Shown here piece after piece: positions 28,331 to 41,728 of a stretch of 64,000 nucleotides of DNA; position 1 is the stretch's first letter, and each line of letters starts with the position of its first letter. The stretch is from the human T2T-CHM13v2.0 reference genome, Homo sapiens. A program made the position numbers and the translations under genes. The stretch lies in the NCBI RefSeq assembly GCF_009914755.1, contig NC_060935.1. One strand, written 5' to 3'. The notes under the pieces are model-generated. The model had not been told where the DNA came from, made no database searches, and was given only the letters and a program-made list of their open reading frames with translations.

Positions 28331-28495
28331 CAGTGCCTCCCAAACTGTAATGTGCATATGAATCACCCGGGGATCCTGTTACAATGCAGTCTGCTGCAGT
28401 AGGTCTGAGGTCTGGCCAGACATTCCACATTTCTAACAAGCTCCCATGTGGTGCTGATGCCGCAGGTCAGAGGACTTCACTGTGAGTAGCAAGGC
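28331..28495. mobile_element. MER5A (hAT-Charlie) relic
   Basis: cagtgcctcccaaactg...gaatcacccggggatcctgtt...catttctaacaagctccca...gagtagcaagg. Confidence 0.85.
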
Positions 28496-29689
28496 AGCGC
28501 TGGACTAACTTGGTTGAACTCATGAGTGATTATAACAAGGTAGGTGTTTAGGAGGCAGAGCCCAAGGAGGAACAGGCAAGACTTCTGTGCCAAGGCTGAG
28601 CAGATGCTGGTAACCTCAGGTGCAATACAAACCCGGCTGGGGAGAATTGAGTAGCTCAGGACCTGTCAGTGTCTCAGGAGCCATATGCCAGATGCACATC
28701 TGCCAAGACTTCTTGCTTTTCCTAAGAAGACATGGTTCTAGTTATTTGGTCCCTTTTATCAAGAAACTGGCAATGGTGCTTTCTCCCATCAACAGAAGTC
28801 ATTTGGATTAAGGATTACAAGAGGTGCCAAGAGATAATTTAAAAGAGTTATTTGCATTATATGTTTTTTTTTACAATTGTAAAAGACTCACATGTTTTGG
28901 AAACTTTTTGTACATTGTTTTGCAAACTTTTATGCATCTGGAATTATTTCAAAGTGAAAAGTTTTTTTTAAGTCTCTAAAAAGACTAAATCTCTTTTAAA
29001 TCTCTAAAAAGACCAAAATTCTGGAGTTTTCTACCTTTCCACATCTCTTGAAAATTTATATATTTTTTCCTCCCCATTGAGAATATTTTCCTGACATTTG
29101 CACTAAATGTTTGTTGCTTACTCTCATGCTAGTAAGTACTACCCAGCCTGTTCCCTCTAAGTTCTGAAGGCAGCCCCAACACTTGATTACTGGAATATGA
29201 AATCTATCCTCTTTTGAAAAAAAGGCAGATCAGAAACATCCTTCCCTCACTGCTCTAGATACCATTTTTTTCTACCTGAACTCCCAAAGCATGAATAGGT
29301 TATACTACACTACTTAATAATTATATTGTCTTTCATTTTTATCCTCTTTTCTAGTAAAGATTATTGTGTTAATTTTAAAAATGGAGTTTACATATTGTTT
29401 CTTCTGTGTTTGGTATGGTCTCCAGCACAAGGCTGGGCATGGAGTAGAAATAAAACTGATATTTGTCAGGGAAGGGACTGACTTACTTACCCAGGAAACT
29501 AGGCCTGGGTAGTCTTTCTTCAAAGTCAGTATCTTCATAACAATGAATAAGTAATCCACAGATACCACTTCAGAAAACAGGCTTAATCCAGTGTTCTCCT
29601 AGATAAGCAAATCAGTCTAAGCAGAAAAATCTATCCTAAATTTGTGTAAATGTCTTAGAGTTACTTAGATTCCTATGACATGCAGTTCC

Positions 29690-29905
29690 AATCACAAGCT
29701 CTGGGTTCACATTCCATTGGCTCTAATCAGGGTCCACCATGAGTTAACACGGTCATATGACTGAGCCTCAGAGTCCCCACCTGGTAAATGGGGATGACGA
29801 GAGTGGAGTGCCCACCTCAAAACTTCATTGTAGATTAAATGAAGCAGTCCCTGCAAAGCACCTAGCAAGGATGTTGGAACATACCAAGTGCTCAGTAAAC
29901 GTTAG
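29690..29905 (+). mobile_element. MIR
   Basis: ctgagcctcagagtccccacctggtaaatggggatga...aagtgctcagtaaacgtt. Confidence 0.7.
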
Positions 29906-30169
29906 GGCTGAGTATTCCTCCTTAGGTGAAATGAAGAAGAATGGATATGATAACTAGAAAATCATCTACATTAAAAGGTGGAGTTCAATAAGCTATACTT
30001 TCAGTACAGCAGGGATAAAGGAGATGAGGAAGCAAAAAGTAAGTTATGTCTTCACATCTAATTTTTCCCAGGATTGAAGAAACTTAAAAGATTTGCCTGA
30101 AATGCCACTAAATTGCTGCATACCACATTAATTTTGCTCAAATGCTAAATACTTTATCATTTCCATAAT

Positions 30170-30264
30170 GAAGAAAGAAAGGGAGGAAAGGGAAGGAGGA
30201 GGGAAGAGGGAGAGAGAGAAGAAGAAGAAAGGAGGGGAGAGAAAAGAAAGAAAGAGGAAGAAAA

Positions 30265-30330
<66 letters not shown>

Positions 30331-30390
30331 GAAAGAAAGAAAGGAAGGAAGGAAGGAAAGAAAGGAAAGAAAGAAGAAAGAAAGAAAGAA

Positions 30391-30426
<36 letters not shown>

Positions 30427-30452
30427 GAAAGAAAGAAAGAAAGAAAGAAGGA

Positions 30453-30508
<56 letters not shown>

Positions 30509-30614
30509 AAAAGAAAGGAGGGAGGGAGGAAAGAAAGAAGGAAAAGAAAAGAAAGATAGAAAGGGAGGGAAGGGAGGGAAGAAGGAAGGAAGGAAGGAAG
30601 GAAGGAAGGAAGGG
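30170..30614 (+). repeat. Compound polypurine microsatellite (GAAA)n/(GGAA)n
   Basis: About 445 bp of A/G with a single T (30557); (GGAA)4 at 30343-30358 and (GGAA)7 at 30584-30611. Confidence 0.98.
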
Positions 30615-32735
30615 TCCCAGCTCGTGGGACGTAATCATTCCCTTCTGCTGTTTGATGTGAACAGTTGGGAATTTTGAACTGGTAATTAGAAAATGATAGT
30701 CACTATGGAAAACAGATCTATTCACCAATAATTAAAATCACAAGGTACATCAGAACCTCAGTTATCAGTAAGAAATTCACCAGTGCAATCAAAGAGAGAA
30801 ATCTGTTGATTATTTGTTTGCAGTGTTTTGCCTTCTGCCTCACCCTCCCCTAGGTGAGAGGACCTGCACCCACACACCCAGTTTGTTGAAGTATTACTTC
30901 AGACAGTCCTTGACCTCACTGGCACTCTGATTTTTCATAGCCCTATGCTGTTTACTTCTATTCTCTCATATTTGTAAACCAGGCGGGGCGCAAATGATTG
31001 CTCACCTTTTAGAGATGAAGGGAAGAAGGCACAGACACGTTCAATCCCTGTTCTCTGTTACAAAGCTAATCACTGACATAATCCAAGTGCACAGCCACTT
31101 TCCCTTCTCCGACCCAGCGCTGGTTCAAGTTCTGACCCCACTTGCCTTTGAACTCCATTATCGTCCGGGACCGGCCACTGGCCCAAGTCGGTGCTCTGGC
31201 CACAGACTGCCAGATGCCAAAGGATCCCACCCCTCTACCAGCTTCCCCCAGGCTCTGCCTCAGGACATCCTTTCACAGCCAGCAACTAGCACCTCCGTGT
31301 AAGGAGCCTGCCGGGCAAAGATGCCCCCTCCATAATTAGGCTCTCGGCTTGGCTTCCCACATCCTCAGCAGCGGAACCAGGACGGAAGAGGCTGCATGGA
31401 TGCCTGAACTGTTTGTTATTTCACTATTGAGTTGGCAAGGATGGAAGTAGTTGATTTACAATTAGAAGCAGCATGCTTCTTCAAATATTAATATTAATAA
31501 CTGCACTACTGAACACATGAAAAGACCTTTTCATCTTCAAAGCACTTTGCAGACATTAACTCATTAGCTCTCCCTTCCCTCCATTCAGGAACAACAGGTG
31601 AGCAAGACTCTCAACAGCAGCAGTGGCCACCCTGCAGCCCTTGTGCACAGCCCACGGCCCCTGAAGAAAAAGCGTTTTCTCTTTGGATAAAAATAGGCCA
31701 CCAAATCCAAAACCACAACTGATGAAAGAGTTATAGTATCAGTAATTTTACAAATCAAATGGAGCTGATGGAGTTATCATTTTAGAATTGGTATTTCCTG
31801 CTGTTTAACAAATACTTTTTTCTCAGTTGCATGGCAGTGGTCTAAAGTAAGAAGGAAAATGGACTTGAGATTAAAAACAAAAACTTACCCAAAAGGTGAT
31901 AAAGAAATCCTGCAATAGAATGCATTGATTTCAGTGACCCAGCACCCTTTTAAGTTTGCCTGAAGAAAATACTACTTTAAAAGTTGGTAACAGAGACCTT
32001 TAACGGTGGGTGAGGAGTCACATACAAAGTGTCACGGCCAGATAAAATCACCGGATGCAGAGGAATTGCCATCGACATCTCCTGCCACTGAGTCCAGCTC
32101 TACCGTGGGGACAAGAAATACCTCCCTAACTCTGAGACAACCGCGGCCCACACCCACACCATGTCTCAACAACAGACTTAGGAACTTGTAGATCTTTGGA
32201 CAACTGCAGGTCAGTCCCAAGACAGAGAAAAACACCAAACAGGCTAGTTTGGCTAGCAAGATTCAAACCTGTAGCAATTTCCTCTCTATTAAAAGCAATT
32301 CATTAAACTACTAGCAGGAGAAAAAAGTAAAACAATAGATTTACTAGGAGTGAAAGAGAATAAAAAGAAATTTATATATTTAACTACAGCTTTATTTCTT
32401 TGGAAGTGCTCCAATTTGCAAAAAAAAAAAAAAAAATCAGGGTTTCTGACAAGTAATCTACGGGTATCTAAAACGTGCATGGTTTTACTTTTGTGAAGCA
32501 GGGAACATTTTTAAAAACATAGTCTTGCTTTCAGACTATTCTGACGAGGTTAGGAAGTATTTTTGAAAATTGTTAAACAATTAAATGGGAATATAGAAAG
32601 ACGTGAAAAGAGAAAGAGAAAACTCACTTGTATCCTGAATCTCCCTACCGACTTACTCTTTAATTCCACAGAAATTTTTTTAAAGCAGGAAAAGGAAAAT
32701 GGACTGAAAAGTTTTAGGCAGAAACTGACACACAC

Positions 32736-32806
32736 CTCACTTACTACTTTGCCGGAGAGCAGATCCTGAGTGAGCTTCCCTCAAAGTCTGTGGTCTCTTT
32801 CCAACT
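32736..32806 (-). other. ETS1: ETS1 long isoform non-coding exon 1 (5'UTR); TSS approximate
   Basis: AGTTGGAAAGAGACCACAGAC...GGCAAAGTAGTAAGTGAG|gtgtgt. The junction GTAAGTGAG/GTGCTGAG matches my recall of the mRNA. No AUG in the exon. The TSS position is from recall and cannot be proven from sequence. Confidence 0.85.
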
Positions 32807-33520
32807 ACCTGCGGGAATCCTCTGCTCCGTAGCTTAAGAGGATGCAAAGACCATAATGTTTCTAATAGAGCTGCCTCCTTAAATTGGGGGGTGTGGTCAA
32901 GCCAGGGAAAGCTGGAAAAAAGGCAGTCTTCCTCTTGCCCCTGGCACCAGGACAGCAGCCACTGGCACAGGCACAGCAGTCTAGGTGGAAAGCACTGTTG
33001 ATTGACAGTGGTGGCACCAAATCACACATTATTTCGTATTCTTCAAATTGTGCTTCAGCTGAATATAACTCAGCCTTGGAGAGTAACAGGGAGGGAGATG
33101 AGCAAAAGGGAACTAGTTCAGTGGGATAACACTGTATCTCACCTCATCATTTGCTGATGCATTTACTCTCTGCTGAATATGTAAATATTCATGCTTCATG
33201 TTCCTTGACTTTCTCAATGGAGCCCCCATTAACCTAGGCAAGGTCTCAGGTGAGGGAAAGGGATTGCTTTAGAAACACAGGACGTCCACCACCCAGTCAC
33301 CTGCTCAGGCTTCCCGTTTCTCTCTAATAACTTGATATGAAATGTGATATTTTCTAAAGAAAAGAAAATAATTTTGTGGAAGAGAGCTGACTGGATATGG
33401 ACTTGGGATTTCTGAAAAGTAAAGCTAAAAATCCCCTTTTCATATAAGTCTGGTTTTAGGCAATCTCTAAAATAAGGATACTTTTAGCAGCCCTGACTCA
33501 TGGTCCGTGGTGCAGGAATA
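32780..33520 (-). promoter_or_regulatory. ETS1: ETS1 distal (non-CpG-island) promoter region
   Basis: Repeat-free DNA upstream of exon 1. GT/CACCC box overlapping a RUNX-type TGTGGT at ~32885-32898, second TGTGGT at 32789, AP-1 TGACTCA at 33494-33500. No canonical TATA seen. Confidence 0.6.
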
Positions 33521-34559
33521 AAAGGGCAGAAGTGTTCATACATTTCTCATTTAGGGAAAATGTAAACAATATGAAAATCTTACATCTGTCCTAAGTGAAA
33601 ATACACAGCATCTTTTATTCACATATTCAGGACTATGGTAAGAATGTTACAGCATAATCTCATTTCTATGAATGGAGTTATTACAATTTTTTTTGAGAAG
33701 TCAGTATTTGGCTGCTTAATCTAAGACTTTTATCCTAAAAGATTCCATCTTCTTTGAGTAGGAGGTGGGAGTTAAGATTTGTCATAGTTGGCTTCTTTCT
33801 CTTTTTAATAAAGATACAAACTTAGAAAATCCTTGAAAATCTAATAACTGTCATTTGGAGCCATATCATCATCAGCCTTCATTGTATAAAGCTGGCAATG
33901 CAGTTAAGATGACATTGTAAGTAAAGCAAGATTTTACTGCTCATCTTCTGCCTTTGCACATTAACTTGGAAGTAAGGAAGAGGTAATGCTATTGGTTCAC
34001 TTTAGTTTAATAAATTGCCTGTGCCAGGCACTGTTCTAGGCACTAGAAAGATAGCAAGTTTGCATTGTAGTGAGGAGACAGACACATAAATCAACGATCT
34101 CCCCCCAAAAATGTAATACATGCTACAAAAGAAGTCTATGAAGAGAGCTAGGGAAGCTTCAGCCTGCCCCTGTAACCCAGTCAATTTCAGCACACTGCCC
34201 CATTTAAAGAGCCCACGGTCAATTATACCAATCATAACTAATTACAACTGTATTCACTATGTTTGCAGGATAATTGAAAAAAACAAAGTTGAGAAGACTT
34301 GGATTCTTGCTCTATAAGGGTGTACAGTGTGGCTGTCAAGGGGTTCTGAAGTCTGGAGTTGTCTATGCTGAGTTTATATAGAAAGCAACTCTTCAGGACC
34401 TTAGCTCCCTCCTCTGACACGGCCTTTTACGGTGTGGAAGAACATAAACTAGAAATCTTAATAGTGCAAAATAAGCCACCACTGTCATAAATTGCCTAGA
34501 GAATGCCCAGGAAAACAGTAAGTTTTGTTTTAAACAGTATTTTCAAAAATATAACATTA

Positions 34560-35814
34560 GATGGGTATCCACATATAAGAGCATGACATTGGACTCCTAC
34601 CTTACACCATACTCAAAAATTAACAAAAATCTATCAAAGATCTGAACATAAGAATGAAAATTATAAAATTCTTAGAAAAAATCAAAGAAGAAAACTTCAT
34701 GACATTGGATTTAGCAATGATTTCCTGGGATATGACAGCTTATCCCAGGAAAAAAAACTTGGGCAACAAAAGAAAAAATAGATAAGTTGGACTTTATCAA
34801 AGTTTTAAAATGTTGTACATCAAGGGGCACTATTAAGACAGTGAAAGGGAAGTCCACAGAATGAGAAAAAAAATTGCAAATCACATATCTAATAAGGACT
34901 TAATACTCAAAATATATAAAGAACTCCTACAACTCAACAGCAACAACAACAAATAACCTGATCTAAAAGTGGACAAAAGACGTGAGTAGACATTTCTCCA
35001 AAGATGCAGAAATGGCCAATAAACACACGAAAAGAAGGGCAACATCATTAATCATCAGAGAAATGCACATTCGAACCACAATGAGGTACCTCTTCACATC
35101 TATTGGGGTTCCTATTATCAAAGAAACAGAAAATAATGGCAAGAATAAGGAGAAATAGGAATAAGGGTGTGTTGCTGCTGAGAATGTCAAATGGTGCAGC
35201 CACTGTAGAAAACAGTGTGGTAGTTCCTCAAAACAATTAAATATAAAATTACCATTTGATCTAGCAATTCAACCTCTACATATATAGCCACAAGCATTGA
35301 AAGAAGAACTCAAAAAGATGTCTGCACAATATTGTTCATAACAGCGTTATTCACAATAGCCAAAAGGTAGAAACACCCCAACTATTTATCCACAGATAAA
35401 TAGATAAGCAAAATGTGGTATGTACAGAAAATGGAACATTATTCAGCCTTGAAAAAGAATGAAATTCCAATACATGCTACAGTATGATGAACCTTGAGGA
35501 CATTATGCTAAATGAAATAAACCAAATACAGAAAAGACAAATATTGTGTAATTCTACCTGTATGAAGTACCTAGAATAGTAAAATTTATAGAGACAGAAA
35601 AAGGGATAGAAGTTAACACAGGTTGGAGAAAGGAGAATGGGGAATTCGTGTTTAATGGGGACAGAGCTTCGGTTGGGGATGATAAAAAAGGAATGGAGAT
35701 GGATGTGGGTGATGGTTGCACAACATGTGACTGTACTTAATGCCCCTGAATTGTACACTTAAAAATTGTTCAGATGGTAAATTTTACGTTACATGTATTC
35801 TACCACAATAAAAG
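34560..35814 (+). mobile_element. L1MB-family 3' fragment (ORF2 end + 3'UTR), decayed
   Basis: acaccatactcaaaaattaac...gacatttctccaaaga...ggtgatggttgcacaaca...tgaattgtacacttaaaaa...accacaataaaa. Confidence 0.9.
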
Positions 35815-38319
35815 AATATGTTGTCCCGAGGAAAAAAATATATATATATATAGCATTAGAAGTCAGTAGGCTTCCGCAGAAGGAATGCTTTCTGATCCAC
35901 ATGGATAATATAGGACAAAAGAAAATGATGCTCTAGAAGAAGAAGGTATGAAATCCCTGGAGGATCCCTCCACTGCACGGTGGTGGCTCCCCAGCCCCTC
36001 CCTTATGCCGGCTCTTGAAGAGGGTGTAGTAATACCAGCCCAACTTCACAGGGTTGCTGAAATCACCATGCGATTAGATGACTGTGTAAACAGTAGAAGC
36101 AATGCTTTTCTTTCCCATGTCCATAGATAGCTCTATGAGGAAAGACCTCAATTGATAGGGCAATATGACCATTATGATTCTCAAGGAAAAAATTAAAACT
36201 CAGTGATCCAGGGACATGGGTACCTTTTGATCCCATGTAAAAGGGATATGCAAAATGAGTTGTTTGCTTCTTTGAAGGAGTATCTCTGTAGCCTCACCTA
36301 AACAATCGTAGTCTCAATATAGTTTGGATACAAGTGAGACAGAGCATGAAGGAATTTCTAGAATAGCTTTTCTTACTGTAAGGAAACCTTTTTCCTTTTC
36401 TCAGTATAACAAGTTACCTTGTAAGTTAGTATGTCTTAAGAGGAAAAATGGAAGTAAATTCCCAGAATCTTAGCTCTGCAAAGGTCTTCAACGCTCCCAC
36501 CAGCAACCTTCCCTCACTGCCACCCCAACTCCCTAAAGTGCAGAAGTCCCCTTCAAAGCAACTTATAATGATTCTGTAAAACCACCCGCTGCAGGAAAAG
36601 TGTGAAGTTTGAAATTAAAAATGGCATTAAATTTAAGGAAAAGCAAAGCAAAACATTACACACGTATTGCATTTTCCATATTAACTTTCCTTCCATCTCA
36701 GAAAAAAGCCTCGTGATAATTCAGAAGACTTCATATGTGCAGAGAACCAGTATCTAAACAAACTACCAAAACCAAGTAGAGTGAAACCCAGATACTATTA
36801 CAAGCGTGGTTATCACCAAATATTGAAAAGAAAAAGAAAATATGCTGAAAATAAAGCAAAGAGCAGAGAACCATTGTGCATTCCCACTCCAGCTCTGGAA
36901 CTTCTTAGCCTGTACTTTGCAATGACTCTCTCTCCTTCCCATGATCAAAAGCAAAGCCTTTGTCTTGAGCCACAGCTGAGACTGCAATGGCACACATACG
37001 TGTGCACACATCTGGCACACAGGTGCTCATCCTTCTGTGTGTGCCAGAGAGCCTATGGAGACCCGGATTTCTTGGCGTAGTCTTCCCACAACCCCTGATG
37101 TGCTGCTCCATTAGTCCTTGCACCAACTTTCTGGTTTTTTCTTCCTCTCTAGAATGTAGAATGAGCTGGGCACAGGCCCCCAGGTAGACTCCCTGCAAAG
37201 TAGCTTAGCTAATGTCGGTCAAAAATTCTTCTCCATCCTGGTTCCACTGGGCCTGCTAAACATCCTGTGGACTCCACAAACTCAGAGAGTTTCAGCAGAA
37301 CGGACCCTTCTGGGATGTATGATAGCCCACTGAAAACCCCATATCTTGCCACCCCCTCCTTCCACCCCCATTCCTTTCTATGTACTTTTTGTCACTCTGT
37401 CTCCCTGGTCCCTTCTCCCTCAAAATACTTCTCACTTTTTCTCTCTGTCAGTCTAACTCCTACAAAGTTATTTTTCAATCTCAATTTAATTACAGGATGA
37501 ATATGCGGTTGTAGCATATTCAAGTCATACAGAAGGGTATGAATTCAAAAATGAGAATCACCACTTCGGGTCCCCTTCCACCCAGTCTCACACCAAAAAG
37601 CTAACTACTATTTAGGGTTTGATATCCAGCCCTCCAGTCTTTCCTCTATTCTTATACCCATACTGGGCCTTTTTAATGGGATTGTGTTCGATGTATTGTT
37701 CTGGGACCTTCTACCATGCATCCGGCAGTATGTTCAGCAGCTATGTCTTTCCAGATTGGCCCCTTCGGAGCTGCCTCAATCATCTCAGCCAGCCCCCGTA
37801 ATCCCCTGTGACATCCCTTAAGCTCCAGCTCCAGTCCTTTCTTTCTCTCCCTGTGCTTTTCCACGCAGCTATTGTCTTGCTCCTGCGTTGTCACAATGAG
37901 CTATTTAAGTTCCCGTATCTCCTGTCCACGTCTTTCCTGCCTTATCTTCCCCACTAGAATGTGATTCTGGGGGTGCAGGGTCTGTGCCCTTGACATTTCC
38001 TTATCACCAGTAGTCATATAAACTGCCTCCCCAGCACACTCCCTTGAACATACTATGGACTGGATAAATATAAAAAGTTAGAGCTTGACAGCTCAAAATA
38101 CATTGTGTACAGCATAATGCCATTTTTACAATCTAAAACCATAAATCGACTAAGTATTGAGAGGTTATTTCTGGTGGTATGGAAGATTTTTTGTTGTATT
38201 TTTGTTATGTTTGTGTTTTCTGATTTTTATACAATGTTGTATTGCACCTGTAACAAGAATAAAAAACCAAATTTTACAGTTAAGTACATGACTTTATCGG
38301 TCCAATGAAGACGACAGGC

Positions 38320-38565
38320 TATCATAGTGTGATAGCACAGCCTCTGAGATCAAACTTCCCAATTTAAATCCCAGCCTTTGTTCTTTCTCAGTTACCATGG
38401 ACATTTTAAGATTTCCGATTTTTGGTTTCCTCATATATAAAATGAAGATAATGGCACTGTACACCTCAGGGATTACTGTGAGGATTAAAGAGGTAGTGAG
38501 ACCTAAGTATTTAATTTAGTGATTAGAACAGACTTTATACTCAATAACTATTGACTGCTATTATC
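38320..38565 (+). mobile_element. MIR
   Basis: aaatcccagcc...gtttcctcatatataaaatgaagataat...tgtgaggattaaa. Confidence 0.7.
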
Positions 38566-40256
38566 AATGGCATGGCCGGGGTGGACCCAAGGCTCCCATT
38601 TCCCAATTCAGAGTCATTCTCACCACAATCCATAAATCTTCACAGGAGAAAACCCCAGGGGCTGATTGTCCCTTCTACTTGGAATGCTGGTTTGCTAATC
38701 CGGAGAGAAAAGACTGCTGCAGTCCCCAGTAATGTAATTAGCACACACTTGCTGGAGAAGGGTGTCCTGCTGAGTCTGTGGAAGGACAGACCACTGCAGC
38801 TATGTCTCAGTGACTCACACCAAGTCATGCCGACTGCATTAATTTTTCCTTATGCAGCAGTCCACTGATTACAGATGGAACCCAGTCTTCGAGTCAAGCC
38901 CTCCTCCCCAGCACAACTGCAATAGAGCCAACCTTTTGAGTTTCCCCAAGCATGTTTTCTAGTCCTAATTTTAGAAGGCGGCCCACTTTCATTGGAGGGA
39001 CGCTAAAACCATTACTATATTTCCTGACCTATACCAGATAAACTGGTCTTAAACTTCCCCTCCTACATGTGTGGAAGGCTAGAAGGGCTTCTGGGAGGTG
39101 TCTGGGCTCCGCTTTCTCCAAGGTGCACAGGAAGCCACCACCCTAGTTCCAGTTTCACAGTATCTGTGCCTTGGACTTTTCCATGCTTGCCCTGCACCTG
39201 GACTAACTAACTCAGTAGCTTCTGCTCAGATAAGATACGTTTTCCAGGGCAGAACATCATGACCAAGAATTCTAGAAGCCATAGTTTGTGAGCTGGGAAT
39301 AATCGTTAGGGATTCTGCAACATCATCACCTTTCAGATAAGCAAAGAGAATCAGGGAGATTAATCTCTTTTCCCTGAAGGGAAAGTGGATAAATCAATTT
39401 GCCAAATGTCATCAACACTAAGTGGTTAGCCTGTTGGTGGGACTGCATATTGAGCACCTTCCGTGAGTCTATTGGTCTATGTTTGGGACCAGGGTAACCA
39501 TACTAAAGAAGCAACATTCAGATTAATTGACCTGTCAAAGGAATAATCCTCCCATTTTCACACTAAATGTCTGAGGCTCCAGGGGATAGCTCAGTCCCCG
39601 GTAGACCAGGAAGAGGAAAGAACAATACAATGTACCACAAAAAATCCTCATGGATTTTGCTGTTTCAAAACATGCCTAGGGCCAGAAGTCCAGTAACTAC
39701 AGTCAGCTGCATCCATGAATGTGGTGAGGGATTTATAGAAAGCCACATTCATCAGTTGTTAATGTACTCATTATATTGGCCTGATGCTGATGAATGACTG
39801 GAAATAGAATGGTGTGTTTTTGAGCCTTTTTAGGACACCACTTCAACCAAATGCCAGGTTTGCTGCTGACATCTTTATCCTGGATACTTCCCTTACTCCC
39901 TCAACATAGCCAAGACTATCTGTGTACTCAGAGGCTCAGGGAGACAAACTAAGAAGATCCAGATGTATCAATCATACATCTGGTTTTGACCTGTATTCTA
40001 CCTCTACAAGGAGGTTTTCACTGACTATCCCTATCTCCCTCTTCTCACTAGATTCTGTCTTTCTACCATATGTTTCAGTAGTGTACTACTGTCCCTTTTG
40101 TAGCAAGAATTACATTGTAATTATTTGTGCATTGTCCTTTCTCTTTATTTATTGTAAAACCATGGGGGTAAGGAATGGATCAGCTTTGTTTGCCATTGTT
40201 CCTGCAACACTTACCACAGTGCATGAAACATAAAGTAAAGGCTAAATAAATATTTG

Positions 40257-40410
40257 ATGGATAGATATATGACTAGAATGATGGATGGATGGATGAGTGG
40301 ATGAATAGATGAATGGATAAATAGATGGAATGATGAGTGAATGGGTAAAAATGGATGGATGAAGAGATGGATGGATGGATGGATGGATGGATGGATGGAT
40401 GGAGAGATGG
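40257..40410 (+). repeat. (GGAT)n microsatellite at an L2 tail
   Basis: Perfect core ~40368-40402 with degenerate flanks. Confidence 0.9.
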
Positions 40411-41365
40411 AAAATAGATATTTGAATGTTGGATATATGTGATCTAATTAATCTAACAATTTCTTAACTTTTGGTTCTTCAAGCACTCATCCTTTCCCCA
40501 TTGTTCCTGCTGGTGTTCCACAACATAATACCAAAATGCTGGCACCTAACTCTGTCTCTTTAGTACACATCACACAACTATTTTAGCGTGAACTTTTTTC
40601 CAGTCAATACAAAAATAAATCTGTCAGGGGAATAATTTATCTTTTACGTAGCACAAAGTGAAGTGAAGAGCTGACAATTAACCAGAAAATTCAGGCTGCA
40701 TAAACAGACAGAATGAGTCACTACTTCACACCAGATTTCTTTTTGTCTGTTATCTGGGTAATTCAGTCTACATCTGGTGTCTTTTTCCTTGACTATTTGA
40801 GTAGTTGTCTCAATACATCCCTCATTTTATTTTTCCTCGAGGAGGAATAAAATAGAAAAAAATTAACTTGTGATTTCTGGACTGAACCTAGACTTCAGGG
40901 TTTTATTTCCCACCTAGTTTATTTTCCAAGAGTTTCAAGCCTGAAAAACACCTGAAATATGTTACTCATTCTTATAAGTGGCTGTCGGTTATGGGAAACT
41001 TTTCACATTGTACAGGTATGTAGAGATGGGATGCCAGTCCTGATTTGGAACAAGCGTAGAGTATGGCAAGAAACACTTTGGTTTCCAGTATTTTTAACTG
41101 GAAATGTCAAAAAAAAAATGCGCACATTTTTTTTAAACCAGCTGAGAAAATCACATAAACTTGAACTCAACCTTTGCACCAACCAGAAAGCATCCGGAAT
41201 AGCCAGAGATGCTGACCTTGTTCCCAAGGAGCAGCTTGTGCCTGGAGAGAATCTGGCTCATTATCTAATGGAATTAAACTGCCAATTAAGACTGTTTTTT
41301 GCAACTTGCATCACAGCTCATCCCTGGCCAAAGCACAACATGATACAGTCCAGTACTTCTAATCA

Positions 41366-41728
<363 letters not shown>

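Noticed and set aside
30138-30728. 196-aa and 169-aa ORFs on opposite strands
   Set aside because: They are translations of the (GAAA)n/(TTTC)n microsatellite, which lacks stops by composition.
30980-31390. Mild CpG cluster with a GC box as a possible CpG-island promoter
   Set aside because: Too short and CpG-sparse by eye to call an island; it may be regulatory but the sequence alone does not support that.
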